Shown piece after piece: positions 18,352 to 29,190 of a DNA stretch of 64,000 bases. Below the pieces are notes generated by a model. The model ran no database searches, had not been told where the DNA came from, and saw only the letters and a list, made by a program, of their open reading frames with translations. The position numbers and the translations under genes were made by a program. The DNA is from Candidatus Latescibacterota bacterium (GTDB lineage: Bacteria; Latescibacterota; UBA2968; UBA8231): NCBI GenBank assembly GCA_965208105.1, contig OZ242318.1, positions 2,048,001 through 2,112,000 of the forward strand, in the 5' to 3' direction. Within the stretch, counting starts at the first letter, position 1; every line of letters starts with the position of its first letter.

Positions 18352-19080
18352 ATGCATACATCTGAAGAAATGGAATTCTTTCTCGAGCACGGCTACCTGC
18401 ACGTGCCCGGCGTCCTGGACGCAGATCAACTCGCCCGCTACCGCTCGGCATTCGACCGGGTCTGGGAGCGGGAACAGCCGAGGGTCAATCAGCACAAGCT
18501 TCTGAAGTACCGGGACTTCATCGACCTTATCGAACATCCTGGCATTCTGTCGCGCCAGCAGGCCGTATTCGGCAACCAGACCCAACTGCTGCAGTACGAT
18601 CTGCTGCGCCAGGGCCCCCGCAGCGATGCCCCCGCCCGCCGCTGGCACCGGGATTTCGCCTTCCCGGGCGACAGGCCCCTGAGCGTCAACTCCATCGTCT
18701 ACATGGATGACATGACTCTTGAACGCGGTCCTACCTGCGTGGTGCCCGGCACCCATCGCGGCGAGGCGCACCCTCCCCCGGACCGGACCCACGAACACCT
18801 GCCCGGAGAAGTGGAAGTAACCGCTGCCGCCGGCGACGTGGTCTTCATCAACGGCGCCGTCTGGCATTCCGGAAGCGCCAACCGTTCCGGCGGACTCCGG
18901 CGGGGCATCTTCCTCTATTTCGGCCACTGGTGGATGAAGCGCTATGAAGCCGAAACCGAGTTGCCCTGGCAGATTTTCGAGAACGCCAGCTCCCTGCGCC
19001 TCCAGCTCCTGGGCATCAGGATGCCTGACCGCGACCTCCATATGTACGATCCCCAAGCCCCCATCGAGGGGTCCTCATGA
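18352..19080 (+). CDS. PhyH family dioxygenase
   Basis: WHRDF, GPTCVVPGTH and VWHSGSANRS. Confidence 0.9.
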   Translation: MHTSEEMEFFLEHGYLHVPGVLDADQLARYRSAFDRVWEREQPRVNQHKLLKYRDFIDLIEHPGILSRQQAVFGNQTQLLQYDLLRQGPRSDAPARRWHRDFAFPGDRPLSVNSIVYMDDMTLERGPTCVVPGTHRGEAHPPPDRTHEHLPGEVEVTAAAGDVVFINGAVWHSGSANRSGGLRRGIFLYFGHWWMKRYEAETELPWQIFENASSLRLQLLGIRMPDRDLHMYDPQAPIEGSS

Positions 19081-19199
19081 CGAGCCCGCCTGCCATGTCG
19101 CCACCCTCGTGGGTCTGTCGGCCCGGGGCCTGGACCATGGCGTTGAAGTTGCCCCGGGGAGGCGAATTGTATTTCCAGTAATCCGATTTACCTGTTGCG

Positions 19200-19616
19200 C
19201 TACGGGTTCGGCGGGGATGTGCAGATCAAAACCTCCATGGACTCGTCGCCGGTATTCTCTATTCCATGCTCACACCACGGAGGCAGATGGATGAATGTTC
19301 CTGCCTCCACGGGCACCTTCTCACCGGCGAGGGTCATCGTTCCACTTCCCTTCAGGATCACGTAGCATTCCTCGGTGTGGTGGCTCCCGGGCTCGAGAAC
19401 CACGTGGGGCGGCACGAAAAACACCACCATGCCCAGGTTCTGCGCGGGAGCATTCGGATTGGCGGGATGCACTACGCGGACGCCGATACCCTCACAGCCG
19501 GGGTACTTTACAGGCACCCCGTCCTGGACCGTGACTACATTCGCCAGCACCTGGTGCGCGGGTTTCGGAACAGGCGGTTCCCCTTGATACCCTTTGAACA
19601 TGGTGATCTTTGCCAT
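19200..19616 (-). CDS. Cupin domain protein
   Basis: HHTEECYVILKGSG...PPWCEHGIEN. Confidence 0.88.
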   Translation of the reverse strand: MAKITMFKGYQGEPPVPKPAHQVLANVVTVQDGVPVKYPGCEGIGVRVVHPANPNAPAQNLGMVVFFVPPHVVLEPGSHHTEECYVILKGSGTMTLAGEKVPVEAGTFIHLPPWCEHGIENTGDESMEVLICTSPPNP

Positions 19617-19678
19617 TTCCTCTCCTTTGCAAAAATAAATTCCCGGCACTCGCCGCGTGCGGTCACGCCGGGGCTGAT

Positions 19679-20497
19679 CTACCAGTCTCGCGCATAGCCC
19701 GCGGTCCAGCCCCCGTCTACGGTGATGATGGAACCATTGATGTAGCTTGCATCCGGCGATACGAGAAAGAGCACCGCCGCCGCGATCTCGGCCGTTTGTC
19801 CCGGTCTCCCCAGGGGGATATGCGACAGCAGACTCGCCGCGTTTTCGGTGTATGCGCCGTCCTCACCGTAAAAAAGCGCCTCCGTGCCAAGCGTCAAGGT
19901 AGATCCCGGAGCGACGGCGTTCACCAGGATCCCTTCCGGTCCAAGCTCCAATGCCATTGAACGCGTCAGGTTGGCGACCCCTGCCTTCGCCGCTACGTAG
20001 GCGCTCTGCAGGCGCAGGGGCACCAGTCCTGCGACGGAACTGATGTTCACGATGCGTCCGGTGGCATGCCCGGCGCCGGACTCGCGGTGGGAATCGAGGA
20101 TGTGGGGAATAACCGCACGGCTGGCCGCAAACACGCCGGTGAGGTCTGTTTCCAGGATCCGCTGCCAGTCGTCCAAGGAGTACTGATGAATGGGAACCCT
20201 GTCACTCCGGGTGTTGATTCCGGCATTGTTCACCAGGATGTCGATTCCGCCGAAATGCCCTGCAATCCGAGCGGCCACGTCCTTCATCTCCTCGGCGTCC
20301 GCTACGTTGCCTTCCACGAACTGGCAGGTCCCACCCGCGGCCTCGATTTCTTCGGCGCTTCTCCTTCCCGCCTGTTCGTCGATGTCGACGATGGCCGCCT
20401 GTGCTCCACTGTCGACCAGCGCGTCCACAGTGGAGCGGCCGATGCCATTCGCGCCGCCCGTAACCACGGCCACCTTGCCCTCGAGTTCGACTTTCAC
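19679..20497 (-). CDS. SDR family oxidoreductase
   Basis: TGGANGIG, NNAG and YVAAK. Confidence 0.95.
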   Translation of the reverse strand: MKVELEGKVAVVTGGANGIGRSTVDALVDSGAQAAIVDIDEQAGRRSAEEIEAAGGTCQFVEGNVADAEEMKDVAARIAGHFGGIDILVNNAGINTRSDRVPIHQYSLDDWQRILETDLTGVFAASRAVIPHILDSHRESGAGHATGRIVNISSVAGLVPLRLQSAYVAAKAGVANLTRSMALELGPEGILVNAVAPGSTLTLGTEALFYGEDGAYTENAASLLSHIPLGRPGQTAEIAAAVLFLVSPDASYINGSIITVDGGWTAGYARDW

Positions 20498-20673
20498 GTG
20501 AGTTCTCCTTTTCCTCCCCCGTTCTCCGCAATGGCGGGAGGTGGTGAAGCGCGCCCTTTCTACGGGCAGTGGAACCGGGAACTGATCTCTCTGAAGGTAG
20601 GGTCTACCGCGAATCGGTTCAGGAAGCTATGACCGCCGGTGGCTGCGCGGCGGACTGTGGGGCAGGCTTCCCC

Positions 20674-22143
20674 TCACACGGCATCAGGCGTCCAGATGCG
20701 GCTCTCCCGGGCTTCCAGAAAACCCTGGTTTGCGGGCCGCAGCTTCCAGATCTCGACCCTGCGGATCCTGATGGGAGGGGTGTCCTGCCTGCGGCCGAAG
20801 AGGTATGTCCTCATCTCGCTGCCCCCGTCCCGGTAGGCCATATGGGCGCACAATGCCGCCTGGCGGCCGTTGGCGAACACCTCCACCAGGTACTTGTCGA
20901 TGAAGACGCGCAGCTCCACGTCCTCCCCCGGCGGGAGGTCCGCCACCGCGAACGGCGCCTCGGTTTCGCCCACGCAGAGAGTGCCGGTTTCGGGCCTGAG
21001 CATGATCTGCAGCCCCTCGTCGGTGTCATCGGCGAAGAGTTGGATGCCGAAGCGCTTGCGCTCGGCCTCGGCCCGGTCTACCACTATCCGCGCCTCGAAG
21101 GCGTCGCCCTCCAGGTCGGCGATTCTTGCCGAGGTGTGGTAACCTTCGGCGGGAGGCGACAGCACCACGTCGTTGAAGGTCCGGGGGTCGTAGCGGAGCG
21201 TCTCGAGCTCGCGCAGCGGCTCGATCCTCAGGCGGCCGTCGGCGCCGAGGCTCAACTCGCGCGGCAGCGACTGGACCGTCCTCATGGTGATTTCCGCATC
21301 GAGAGTTCGGAGCCAGGCCCACATCACGCGGCGGCCGTCGCTGGTGAGCACGCTCTCGGGCGCGAAGAAGTCCCGGTAGTAAGGCTGGGTCAGCGATTGG
21401 CCGGGGCGCCGCCAGTTCATGCGTCCATGCTTCTGTGGCACGAACTGCTCCGCGGTCGCGTCCCAGTCGCCGATGTAGTAGCGGCAGCCGACGAAATGAC
21501 TGATGCACAGAAGCACCCACTTGCCGTCGAGCTGAAAGAAATTGGCGCAGGAAATGTCTTCCCCTATGGCCACGTCGGGCATGTCGTGCCTGAGGAAGGG
21601 CCCTACGTAGCTCCACTCGACGAGATCGGCGGACTTGCACAGGGGAACGTTTTCCGCCGCGGAATAGGCGTAGTAGCTGTCGCCGACGCGGAAGCAGTCC
21701 GGGTCGGCGAGCAGGCCCACGTCCCGGCCGTCGGGGCCGCCCTTGGGCAGCACGGGATAGGGCTTCTCCCAGCTGCCGAGGTCGTTGTCCCTGGCGATGG
21801 CGATGTAGGAATGCCCGGGCTCGGACAGGCCGGCGTAGATCGCCGCGGGCCGTCCTTCTTTGGTGAGGAAGCCAGTGCCGCTGAAGGTTCCGTGGCCGGT
21901 GAAGGAGGGCTGCAGCCTGGTGGGCTGCCATGACCAGTGCAGCATGTCCGGGCTGGTCACGTGGACGAAGGAGTAGGAAAACTCTCCCCGCCAGGGGTGC
22001 CGCAGGATGTAGTGGAGATGGTAGGTGCCGTTTAGACAGAAGGCGAGGTTGGGGTCTCCGGGCGCGCTGTCGCCGCCCGGATGCATCAGGTGGTAGTTGA
22101 GTGCCAGTTCGTCGGAGACCACGGTTTCGTCGGTTTGTAGCAT
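20674..22143 (-). CDS. Glycoside hydrolase family 32-like protein
   Basis: GDPN, FSG, ADP and SCANFF (RDP/EC motifs degenerate); C-terminal beta-sandwich LRVFIDKYLVEVFAN. Confidence 0.85.
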   Translation of the reverse strand: MLQTDETVVSDELALNYHLMHPGGDSAPGDPNLAFCLNGTYHLHYILRHPWRGEFSYSFVHVTSPDMLHWSWQPTRLQPSFTGHGTFSGTGFLTKEGRPAAIYAGLSEPGHSYIAIARDNDLGSWEKPYPVLPKGGPDGRDVGLLADPDCFRVGDSYYAYSAAENVPLCKSADLVEWSYVGPFLRHDMPDVAIGEDISCANFFQLDGKWVLLCISHFVGCRYYIGDWDATAEQFVPQKHGRMNWRRPGQSLTQPYYRDFFAPESVLTSDGRRVMWAWLRTLDAEITMRTVQSLPRELSLGADGRLRIEPLRELETLRYDPRTFNDVVLSPPAEGYHTSARIADLEGDAFEARIVVDRAEAERKRFGIQLFADDTDEGLQIMLRPETGTLCVGETEAPFAVADLPPGEDVELRVFIDKYLVEVFANGRQAALCAHMAYRDGGSEMRTYLFGRRQDTPPIRIRRVEIWKLRPANQGFLEARESRIWTPDAV

Positions 22144-22162
22144 CAAGGCTGCCCTCCCGGAC

Positions 22163-22954
22163 TCAGGCGGTTCTTTCCCGGAGCGCCGCCTCGACGGCGC
22201 GAGCCAGGGCGGGCAGCAGCTGCGTCACTTCGCCCTCGAGTCGCATGTCGGCGAGCCGGTCGTGGGCGGTCTGCCCGCGGTTGATGATCGCATAGCGGGC
22301 GCCGGCCGCCGCGGCGGCCAGAGGCACGCCGGCAGCGGGATGCACTTCCAGGGTGGAGCCGATCGCCAGCACGAGATCGGCGCGGCGCGCGGCGTCCAAC
22401 GCCCGCTGCAGCTCCGCCTGCGGCATCGGCTGACCGAAAGACACTGTCGCGGTCTTCAGGACACCCCCGCAGGCCCGGCAGCGCGGACAGTCGCCCGTGG
22501 CCTCGAACTCCTCCAGGGCCGGCTCCGGCGCGCTGCGCTCTCCGCAGGAAAGGCATTCGGCGGCCCGGTTGGTGCCGTGCAGTTCGACCACCCGCGCGGG
22601 GTCGTGACCTGCATCCTGATGCAGGCCGTCCACGTTCTGAGTCACCAGGGTATCCAGCTTGCCGAGCCGCTCCAGCGCGACCAGCGCCAAGTGCCCGGCG
22701 TTGGGACGCGCCCGGGCGAAATCCCGGTGCCCGTCGGCCTTGTAGCGCCAATGCTCGCGGCGCGCGTGTTCCGAGGCGAGGAAGTCCTGGAACAACACCG
22801 GGCGGCGCTGCTTCCAGGTCCCCTGCGGGCCGCGGAAATCGGGGATCCCCGAGGCGGTGGACATTCCCGCCCCGGTGAACGCCAGCACTCGCTCGGCCTG
22901 AGTTACCGCCGCCGCCAGATGGTGCATCGTTCCAGCTTCCGCCGCCATCATCAA
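22163..22954 (-). CDS. cobB: Sir2 family NAD-dependent deacylase
   Basis: TGAGMSTASGIPDFRG, TQNVDGLH, ELHG and two CxxC. Confidence 0.92.
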   Translation of the reverse strand: MMMAAEAGTMHHLAAAVTQAERVLAFTGAGMSTASGIPDFRGPQGTWKQRRPVLFQDFLASEHARREHWRYKADGHRDFARARPNAGHLALVALERLGKLDTLVTQNVDGLHQDAGHDPARVVELHGTNRAAECLSCGERSAPEPALEEFEATGDCPRCRACGGVLKTATVSFGQPMPQAELQRALDAARRADLVLAIGSTLEVHPAAGVPLAAAAAGARYAIINRGQTAHDRLADMRLEGEVTQLLPALARAVEAALRERTA

Positions 22955-23145
22955 CGCCTCGTCTTCCTGGCCCCGTCCATGATCGTCTCCATCGAGGCTG
23001 TAACAATCCCCTTTTCTCCATAGACGGTTCGGGAGGGTGACCCTGCAAAGCGAAAAAACAACCTCGCGCAGGGGAGGTCAAGGCGGCCATTGTTGGCCCG
23101 CAGCGGAAATTCTATATTTCGCCGCAGACAAAGGACGGAATTCCA

Positions 23146-24141
23146 ATGATCATCAGGACCAGGGCCTACGCGCGGGCGGGTCTGGTGGGCAATCCATCGG
23201 ATGGATACTTCGGCAAAACCATCAGCATAATTGTGAAGAACTACTGCGCCGAGGTGACCCTCTACGAAACCCCGCACCTGGAGATTCTGCCGGCGCAGCA
23301 GGACTCCCTGCGGCACGAATCGATGAAGCAACTGGCCTCGGAGGTCGAACTCTACGGTTACTACGGCGGCGTGCGCCTGCTGAAGGCGGCCATAAAGCGG
23401 TTCTACGACTATTGCCGGGAGAACTCGATCGACCTGCCGGAGCGCAACTTCTCCGTCGAATACCGCACCGACGTGCCGCAGCGGGTCGGGCTGGCTGGCT
23501 CGAGCGCGATCATCACCGCCACCCTGCGCGCCATGATGCGGTTTTTCCAGGTCTCAATCGAACTGCAGCAACTGGCCAACCTCACCCTGTCGGTGGAGAC
23601 CCGCGAGCTCGGGCTGCCTGCCGGGTTGCAGGACCGCGTAATCCAAGCCTACGAGGGCTGCGTTTACATGGACTTCTCGCGCGAGCTGATGGAGAGCCGC
23701 GGCTACGGCGACTACGAGGCCGTAGACCCCGAGCTGCTGCCGCCGCTGTACGTCGCCTGGCTCGGCCGCCTCTCCGAGGGAACCGAGGTGTTCCATTCGA
23801 ACATCAAGGGGCGCTGGGAAGCCGGCGAGCCCGAGGTTGTGAATGCCATGGACGACTTCGCCGCATATACCGAGGAAGTCCGCGGCCTTCTGCTGGATGG
23901 AAGGGGGGAGGAGATCGGACCGGTCCTCGACCGCAACTTCGACCGCCGCGCCTCCATATATCAGATCAGCGCGCAAAATCTCGAAATGATCCGCCGCGCG
24001 CGGGAAACCGGCGCCAGCGCCAAGTTTGCCGGCTCCGGAGGCGCCATCATCGGCACCTATCCGGACGAGGATGCCTACCGCGCCCTGCAGCGCACCCTTG
24101 CCGCCATCGGCGCCACCGTCATAAAGCCGGAGATCGCCTGA
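23146..24141 (+). CDS. GHMP kinase (glucuronokinase-like)
   Basis: ARAGLVGNPSDGYFGK, PQRVGLAGSSA, AGLQDRVIQ and KFAGSGGA. Confidence 0.88.
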   Translation: MIIRTRAYARAGLVGNPSDGYFGKTISIIVKNYCAEVTLYETPHLEILPAQQDSLRHESMKQLASEVELYGYYGGVRLLKAAIKRFYDYCRENSIDLPERNFSVEYRTDVPQRVGLAGSSAIITATLRAMMRFFQVSIELQQLANLTLSVETRELGLPAGLQDRVIQAYEGCVYMDFSRELMESRGYGDYEAVDPELLPPLYVAWLGRLSEGTEVFHSNIKGRWEAGEPEVVNAMDDFAAYTEEVRGLLLDGRGEEIGPVLDRNFDRRASIYQISAQNLEMIRRARETGASAKFAGSGGAIIGTYPDEDAYRALQRTLAAIGATVIKPEIA

Positions 24142-24345
24142 CAACCAGCTAGACCTGGTTGTCCTCGTCGCCATCCGATCCCTGCCGTGGCTCTCCGGGG
24201 ATCGTATTGCCCAGCGGCCATTCCCCACGCGCTCCCTCCCTCCGCAACTCGTCCGCCTCCCGACGCGGGCATCCGCTTGGCCCTCCGCCTCGAATGGATT
24301 CCGAGAGCGGCCTGTTCGGGAGTTCGATCGTCGCTTCAGAAGCCC

Positions 24346-25407
24346 TCAACCATGGCGCTCGCGCAGGATCTCCGCCGCCCGGCACATGGCTTTGAACTTC
24401 CGGCAGGCTTCGTCCAGGGTAACCGGGTTGTCGGGGTCCGAAGGCACAAAGCCGCAATCGGGATGCAGAACGATGCGCTCCTTGCCGACATAGCGCATGG
24501 CTTCCTCCACCCTCGCGGCCACCTCTTCCGGGCGCTCGACCCTGCGCTCGTAGCGGTCGATACATCCGAAACCCAGCCGCGGTCCTTCGGGGAAACGGGT
24601 CAGGGCCTCCAGCGGGCCGGCGACCGCTGTGGCGTACTCCATGGAAATGATGCCGGCGCGGAGCCTGGCAAGGGCCGGCATGATCAGCTCCGGATGGCCT
24701 ACCTGCACCCGGCCCCTGTGGGCGTGGCACAGATGGACCCCGGTGTCCATCCCCTCGATCCCTTCCAGCGTCTGGTTTATCAGGCCGGCGCAGCGGTCCA
24801 GCTCTGACTGCACGTCGCCAATCCCCTCCCTCTCCTGGTAGCGGCGCTGGACGAGCCGGCTGAGCCAGGGTTCGTCCAGCTGTATCGTGTCAGCCCCGGC
24901 CTCGCGAATCAGCTCGATCTCCCGGCGCAGCAGGGGCACGCATGCCTCCATGAACCCCTCGCGGGTAGGGTACGCCGCCCTGGAGCGCTCATGGTCCCAC
25001 AAGCGCCTGCCCACGAGGTAGGGCCCGGGCAAGGTGGCCTTCACCCGCCGCCGCGTGCGCCGGCGCACGAAGCGGATCTCCTCGGCGACGATGGGGCGGT
25101 GGTACTCCATCGGAGCCACCACCACCGGGGTTTGTGATCCTTCCTCGAAACCGCGCACGCGCTCGGCGAACACCGCGACGTAACTCAGGCGGCGCCACTC
25201 CCCATCGGTGATCTCGTCCAACCCTGCCCGCTCCTGCAGCGCCAGGGAGGTCTCGACCGCCCCGTCGAGGAGGCGGCCGGCATCCTCCTCTGAAATGCGG
25301 CCGCACCTGCGGTCGTCGATGACTTCCCGCACCCGGGCGGGCTGCGGCAGGCTGCCGATTACGGTGGTAGGAAAAAGCGAGTCCACGACGATGAGTCCCT
25401 CCTTCAA
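24346..25407 (-). CDS. Cobalamin-independent methionine synthase II (MetE C-terminal) family protein
   Basis: TTVIGSLP, TDGEWRR, IQLDEP, HLC and HPDCGF. Confidence 0.88.
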   Translation of the reverse strand: MKEGLIVVDSLFPTTVIGSLPQPARVREVIDDRRCGRISEEDAGRLLDGAVETSLALQERAGLDEITDGEWRRLSYVAVFAERVRGFEEGSQTPVVVAPMEYHRPIVAEEIRFVRRRTRRRVKATLPGPYLVGRRLWDHERSRAAYPTREGFMEACVPLLRREIELIREAGADTIQLDEPWLSRLVQRRYQEREGIGDVQSELDRCAGLINQTLEGIEGMDTGVHLCHAHRGRVQVGHPELIMPALARLRAGIISMEYATAVAGPLEALTRFPEGPRLGFGCIDRYERRVERPEEVAARVEEAMRYVGKERIVLHPDCGFVPSDPDNPVTLDEACRKFKAMCRAAEILRERHG

Positions 25408-25461
25408 AGCTCGGCAAAACCGGTGTGCCGCGGCAGGAAGGCAATATTGGTCTTTCCCCCG

Positions 25462-27336
25462 TCAAAGATCGGCGGCAGAGCGCCGCGGGGTCTGACCGTT
25501 CGTGCCCCAGTCGAGCCCGGGACGCAAATCCGCCACCGCTTCGGCCACCTGGCCCATATGGGTGCCGTCCACGGTTGCATCCAGGGTGAAAGCCTGGCGG
25601 CGGTAGGTTGCAGGTTGGCCGGCGGGCACCCGCAAAACGAAGTCGACCACCTGCTTATCACCGGGAGCCGCCGTGATCCTGCCGCGGTCCGGGCTGGCGG
25701 ACCAGCCCGCGGGCAAAACGAGGTGGTACTCAAGTGTCGATTCCCTGTCGAAGATGTTTTCGTACCAAACCTGCATCCGCACCTGCCCGCCGGGTGCCAC
25801 CGGCGGCTGGTAGGGATAGAGGAAGATGTAGTCGGGATAGATGGCCTGCTCGAGCACTGCGGGCGCGGCCAGATCGCGCCAGTGCTCCTGCTCCTTGAAA
25901 CACCAGTCGTGAAAGCCGCGCCAGTCCTCCGGGCCCATCTCGTGGGGACCGCCGTGGCCGGGGCAGGCGATCTCTGGCTGGTGCTCCAGATAGAGCCTGC
26001 CGGTTATTTCGTGGGAATTCGCGTGCACATGGTTGCGCCAGACATTGTTGGAAACATACCGTCCTTCGCCGCGCAAACCCACCTCATCGCCCGAAAACGC
26101 CACCCTCCTGCCGTCGATCTCGCCAAACATCGCCATGTGGTAGTCGGCGTGTCCCGGCGAATGAAATACCTGAAACTCGTACTCCTCCCATTTGAACCTC
26201 TCGCCCTGGGCCAGGCCCCGTTCGATCGCCACCGGTTCCGGGTAGGTGCAGCCCAGCTTGTAGCCGTGGGGGTGGCGCATGATGTCCACCATGTTCTCGA
26301 AACACCAGACGCGGGTGCCGTGGTGCCGCTGCAGGTAGGGCAGGCCGTTCACGTGGTCGTCGTGGTAGTGGCTGGGCAGGGCCAGGTCGATCTGCCGGAC
26401 GCCGAAATTGGCGCGCAGCAGGTCGAGGTTGTGCTCCTGCATGCGCAGCCGGTTGCCGGCCTCGAAAAAGACCGAGAACGAGTACATGAAGGTGAGGCTC
26501 TGGGAGCCGTAATCGACGAAAAGGGCCTTGCCCGAGTCGCTGACCACGATCCAGGTATTGGAGCAGCCGGAGATTTGCAGTAAATGGGGCAAGATGGCCC
26601 TGGGCCCAATGTCGTGGGTAGGCGTGTCGATGCTCCAGCGATGCTGCATGTAGGCGCGGAACTTCTCTTCCAGCGCCTGCAGCGCCGGTCCGGTGTCGCG
26701 CAGGGGGTCGCCGTGGGAGGGACAGAGCAGGCCGCAGCTCTGCTCGCGCATCTTGGCCAGTGAATAGACCATGTAGTCGCAGCCGTCGGCGGACCCATAG
26801 GCGAATTGCAGGTCGTAGAGGGTCTGCACCTTGCCCGGCGCCGCGATCAGATCGCCGCTGAAGCCGACGCGGACACCGTCGATCTGGGCAACCAGGGCAA
26901 TCTGGCCCAATGTGTGGCCCGGAGCAGGCTGGATGAAGAAGCTGTAGGAACCCCATGTAAAGGTCTCGTAATCCTCCAGAACCCGCGCGGTGCGCACGCT
27001 CTGCGCCAGGGTGAAGAAGGTCTGGCGCACATCGTAGATACCGTAGATCTGGCGCGAGCCCCAGAATACCTCCACCTCTTCGAAATAGGGAAGTTCGTGG
27101 GCCGGCACAGCAATGGGGATGTTGCGCTCGTTGGCCAGATGGTCTCCCTGGCACTGGTCGCGGTGGTGGTGGGTGTGCAGAATCCAGTCGACCTGCGCGA
27201 TCCCCAGCGTGGCGAGCTCGTCGAGCACGGCGCCGCTGCCGAAGTCGATGAGCACGGCCCTGGAGCCCTCGCGGACCACGTAGACATTGCAGACATCGCG
27301 GAAGAGAAAGAGATTGTCGGATAGTTTTTCCAGCAT
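25462..27336 (-). CDS. Tandem MBL-fold metallo-hydrolase
   Basis: Two MBL domains (THHHRDQ...PGHT and SHYHDDH...PGHA). Confidence 0.88.
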   Translation of the reverse strand: MLEKLSDNLFLFRDVCNVYVVREGSRAVLIDFGSGAVLDELATLGIAQVDWILHTHHHRDQCQGDHLANERNIPIAVPAHELPYFEEVEVFWGSRQIYGIYDVRQTFFTLAQSVRTARVLEDYETFTWGSYSFFIQPAPGHTLGQIALVAQIDGVRVGFSGDLIAAPGKVQTLYDLQFAYGSADGCDYMVYSLAKMREQSCGLLCPSHGDPLRDTGPALQALEEKFRAYMQHRWSIDTPTHDIGPRAILPHLLQISGCSNTWIVVSDSGKALFVDYGSQSLTFMYSFSVFFEAGNRLRMQEHNLDLLRANFGVRQIDLALPSHYHDDHVNGLPYLQRHHGTRVWCFENMVDIMRHPHGYKLGCTYPEPVAIERGLAQGERFKWEEYEFQVFHSPGHADYHMAMFGEIDGRRVAFSGDEVGLRGEGRYVSNNVWRNHVHANSHEITGRLYLEHQPEIACPGHGGPHEMGPEDWRGFHDWCFKEQEHWRDLAAPAVLEQAIYPDYIFLYPYQPPVAPGGQVRMQVWYENIFDRESTLEYHLVLPAGWSASPDRGRITAAPGDKQVVDFVLRVPAGQPATYRRQAFTLDATVDGTHMGQVAEAVADLRPGLDWGTNGQTPRRSAADL

Positions 27337-27583
27337 AGGTCCGGCTCCTCAGGCCTGGGGCCGTAGATTGGGTTAAAGCTGCAGGCAACCTTAGTTTCTT
27401 CTCGACACGATGGCTCCGATTCCATTCCCCGGACAGCGCCACGGCGTCTTGCCCGGCGGCAACCTATTGTATACACTCGAAACCGCACCTCGTCAACCTG
27501 CCTGAGAACTCCCCCGCCGGTAAGCCCGGGATGGCCTGATTCGGGGCCTCGAACCCCCTGTTTTCTGCGAAAGGAAGGCGAAA

Positions 27584-28675
27584 ATGAACGCTAGATTCCG
27601 CGTCGGCGTCATCGCCAGCGGCCGCATCGCCAGGTCCCACGGACGCGGCTGGAGCCAGTGCGAGCACACCGAGATTGCCGCGATCGCCGATACCCACCCC
27701 GAAGCGCTGGCCAGCTATGCCGAGGACTTCGGGGTCGAGTCCCGCTACCACGATTACCGCGAAATGCTGGACAATGAAGACCTGGACATCGTCAGCGTCT
27801 GTTCATGGGATCCCCACCACGCCGAAATGACCATTGCCGCCTGTTCCCGCAAGCCCAGGGCGGTCCTCTGCGAAAAGCCCATGGCCGTCTCCCTGGGCGA
27901 GGCGGAGGCCATGATCGTTGCCGCCGAACGCAACGGCGTCAAGCTGGCCATCGGCCACCAGCGCCGGTTCTACCCGCGCTGGCGCGAGGCGCGGCGGCTG
28001 ATCGCCGACGGGGCCATCGGCAGGCCGCAGCGCCTGTGGTCGTCGGTCAGGTCCGGACTGATGAACACCGGCACCCACTGCCTGGATTGCCAGCTCTTCG
28101 TCCTTGGAGACCCCCGGGCCGAATGGGTCATGGGAGCGGTCGAACGCCACAGCGACCATCACATCTTCGGGCATAGAGTGGAGGACCGTTGCGCCGGTAT
28201 TATCGGATATCCCGGTGGGGTGGAAGGGGTGATCGAGAACGAGATGAACGATGCCAACCTGGTCGGCGCCGCCATCTACGGCGAAGAGGGAATGATGGTG
28301 GTGGACGACGACAGCCTGCGACTGATGACCGCAGCCACCGGGGGTTGGAGGGAAACCGGACCCGGCGGGCAGGCAGGAGCCGGCAACAGCGACGCCTTTG
28401 CCGAACAGGCCAACGGCATCTGCAGATGGATAGATGGTGAGTTCGACGACTACCCCGGCAAGGCCGAATACGGCAAGTCGGCCACCGAGATCATGATGGC
28501 GCTGTACGAGTCTGCCCGCCTGCACGAGCGCGTTATCCTGCCATTGCAGACCCGGGCAAACCCCCTGGACGTGGCCGTGGAGGAGGGCGTCATCCCGGTA
28601 ACCCGCCCGGGAGTTTGGGACGAGCGCTCTTTCCTGGTTCGAGGCGAAAGCATGAGCTGGATCGGGGACAAATGA
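27584..28675 (+). CDS. Gfo/Idh/MocA family oxidoreductase
   Basis: Rossmann fold N-terminus, CEKPMA and GHQRRF. Confidence 0.92.
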   Translation: MNARFRVGVIASGRIARSHGRGWSQCEHTEIAAIADTHPEALASYAEDFGVESRYHDYREMLDNEDLDIVSVCSWDPHHAEMTIAACSRKPRAVLCEKPMAVSLGEAEAMIVAAERNGVKLAIGHQRRFYPRWREARRLIADGAIGRPQRLWSSVRSGLMNTGTHCLDCQLFVLGDPRAEWVMGAVERHSDHHIFGHRVEDRCAGIIGYPGGVEGVIENEMNDANLVGAAIYGEEGMMVVDDDSLRLMTAATGGWRETGPGGQAGAGNSDAFAEQANGICRWIDGEFDDYPGKAEYGKSATEIMMALYESARLHERVILPLQTRANPLDVAVEEGVIPVTRPGVWDERSFLVRGESMSWIGDK

Positions 28676-29114
28676 CGCGGAGAGCCAGGTGTTGAGCGAC
28701 CTGATCAATGGTGAGCAGGACCCTGGAGACCCTCGCCGCCGCCGAAGCAACCGCCGGATTCGGGCTCGGGAACACAGTGCAGGCGAACTCGGTAGCCGAC
28801 GCCCTCCGTTCATCCTTGTCCGGTTGCCCCGCATGGCTGCCCCTGTAGATGAAATCCAAATGACGCACCTATCAATGCCACCGAGCCTGTACCCAGCCAG
28901 GTTCCAAGGCCTACGGGCTCAGAGGCAGCCGGAATAGAAACCAAGGAACTCCTCCTCGATTTGTAGGCCAGCCTCTCAACTTCGAGCGTCCAGCCGCCCC
29001 GCTCCTGTTCGGTCAGCGCCCAATAGCACCAACTCCGTGTGGCTCATGCCTGAGCCCCGTTCATCTCCTCCGCGCTCCATCTTGAGTAGCGTTCCTCTTC
29101 GGAAAATCGTATAT

Positions 29115-29132
29115 TCAGATGATAATATCTGA
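29115..29132. promoter_or_regulatory. Palindromic operator candidate TCAGAT-N6-ATCTGA upstream of rrf2
   Basis: Perfect 6-bp inverted repeat; a related ATAGAC-N6-ATCCGA lies at 29728-29745 upstream of nap. Confidence 0.45.
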
Positions 29133-29190
29133 GTGAGGTCAAAGATGGATGGTTCAGGTCCATCAGATGGTTCCCAATAGATAGTAGCGC

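Noticed and set aside
22163-22954. Sir2 as an anti-phage (Thoeris/DSR) effector
   Set aside because: Has the zinc-binding CxxC pairs and length of a housekeeping CobB-type deacylase, in a metabolic context.
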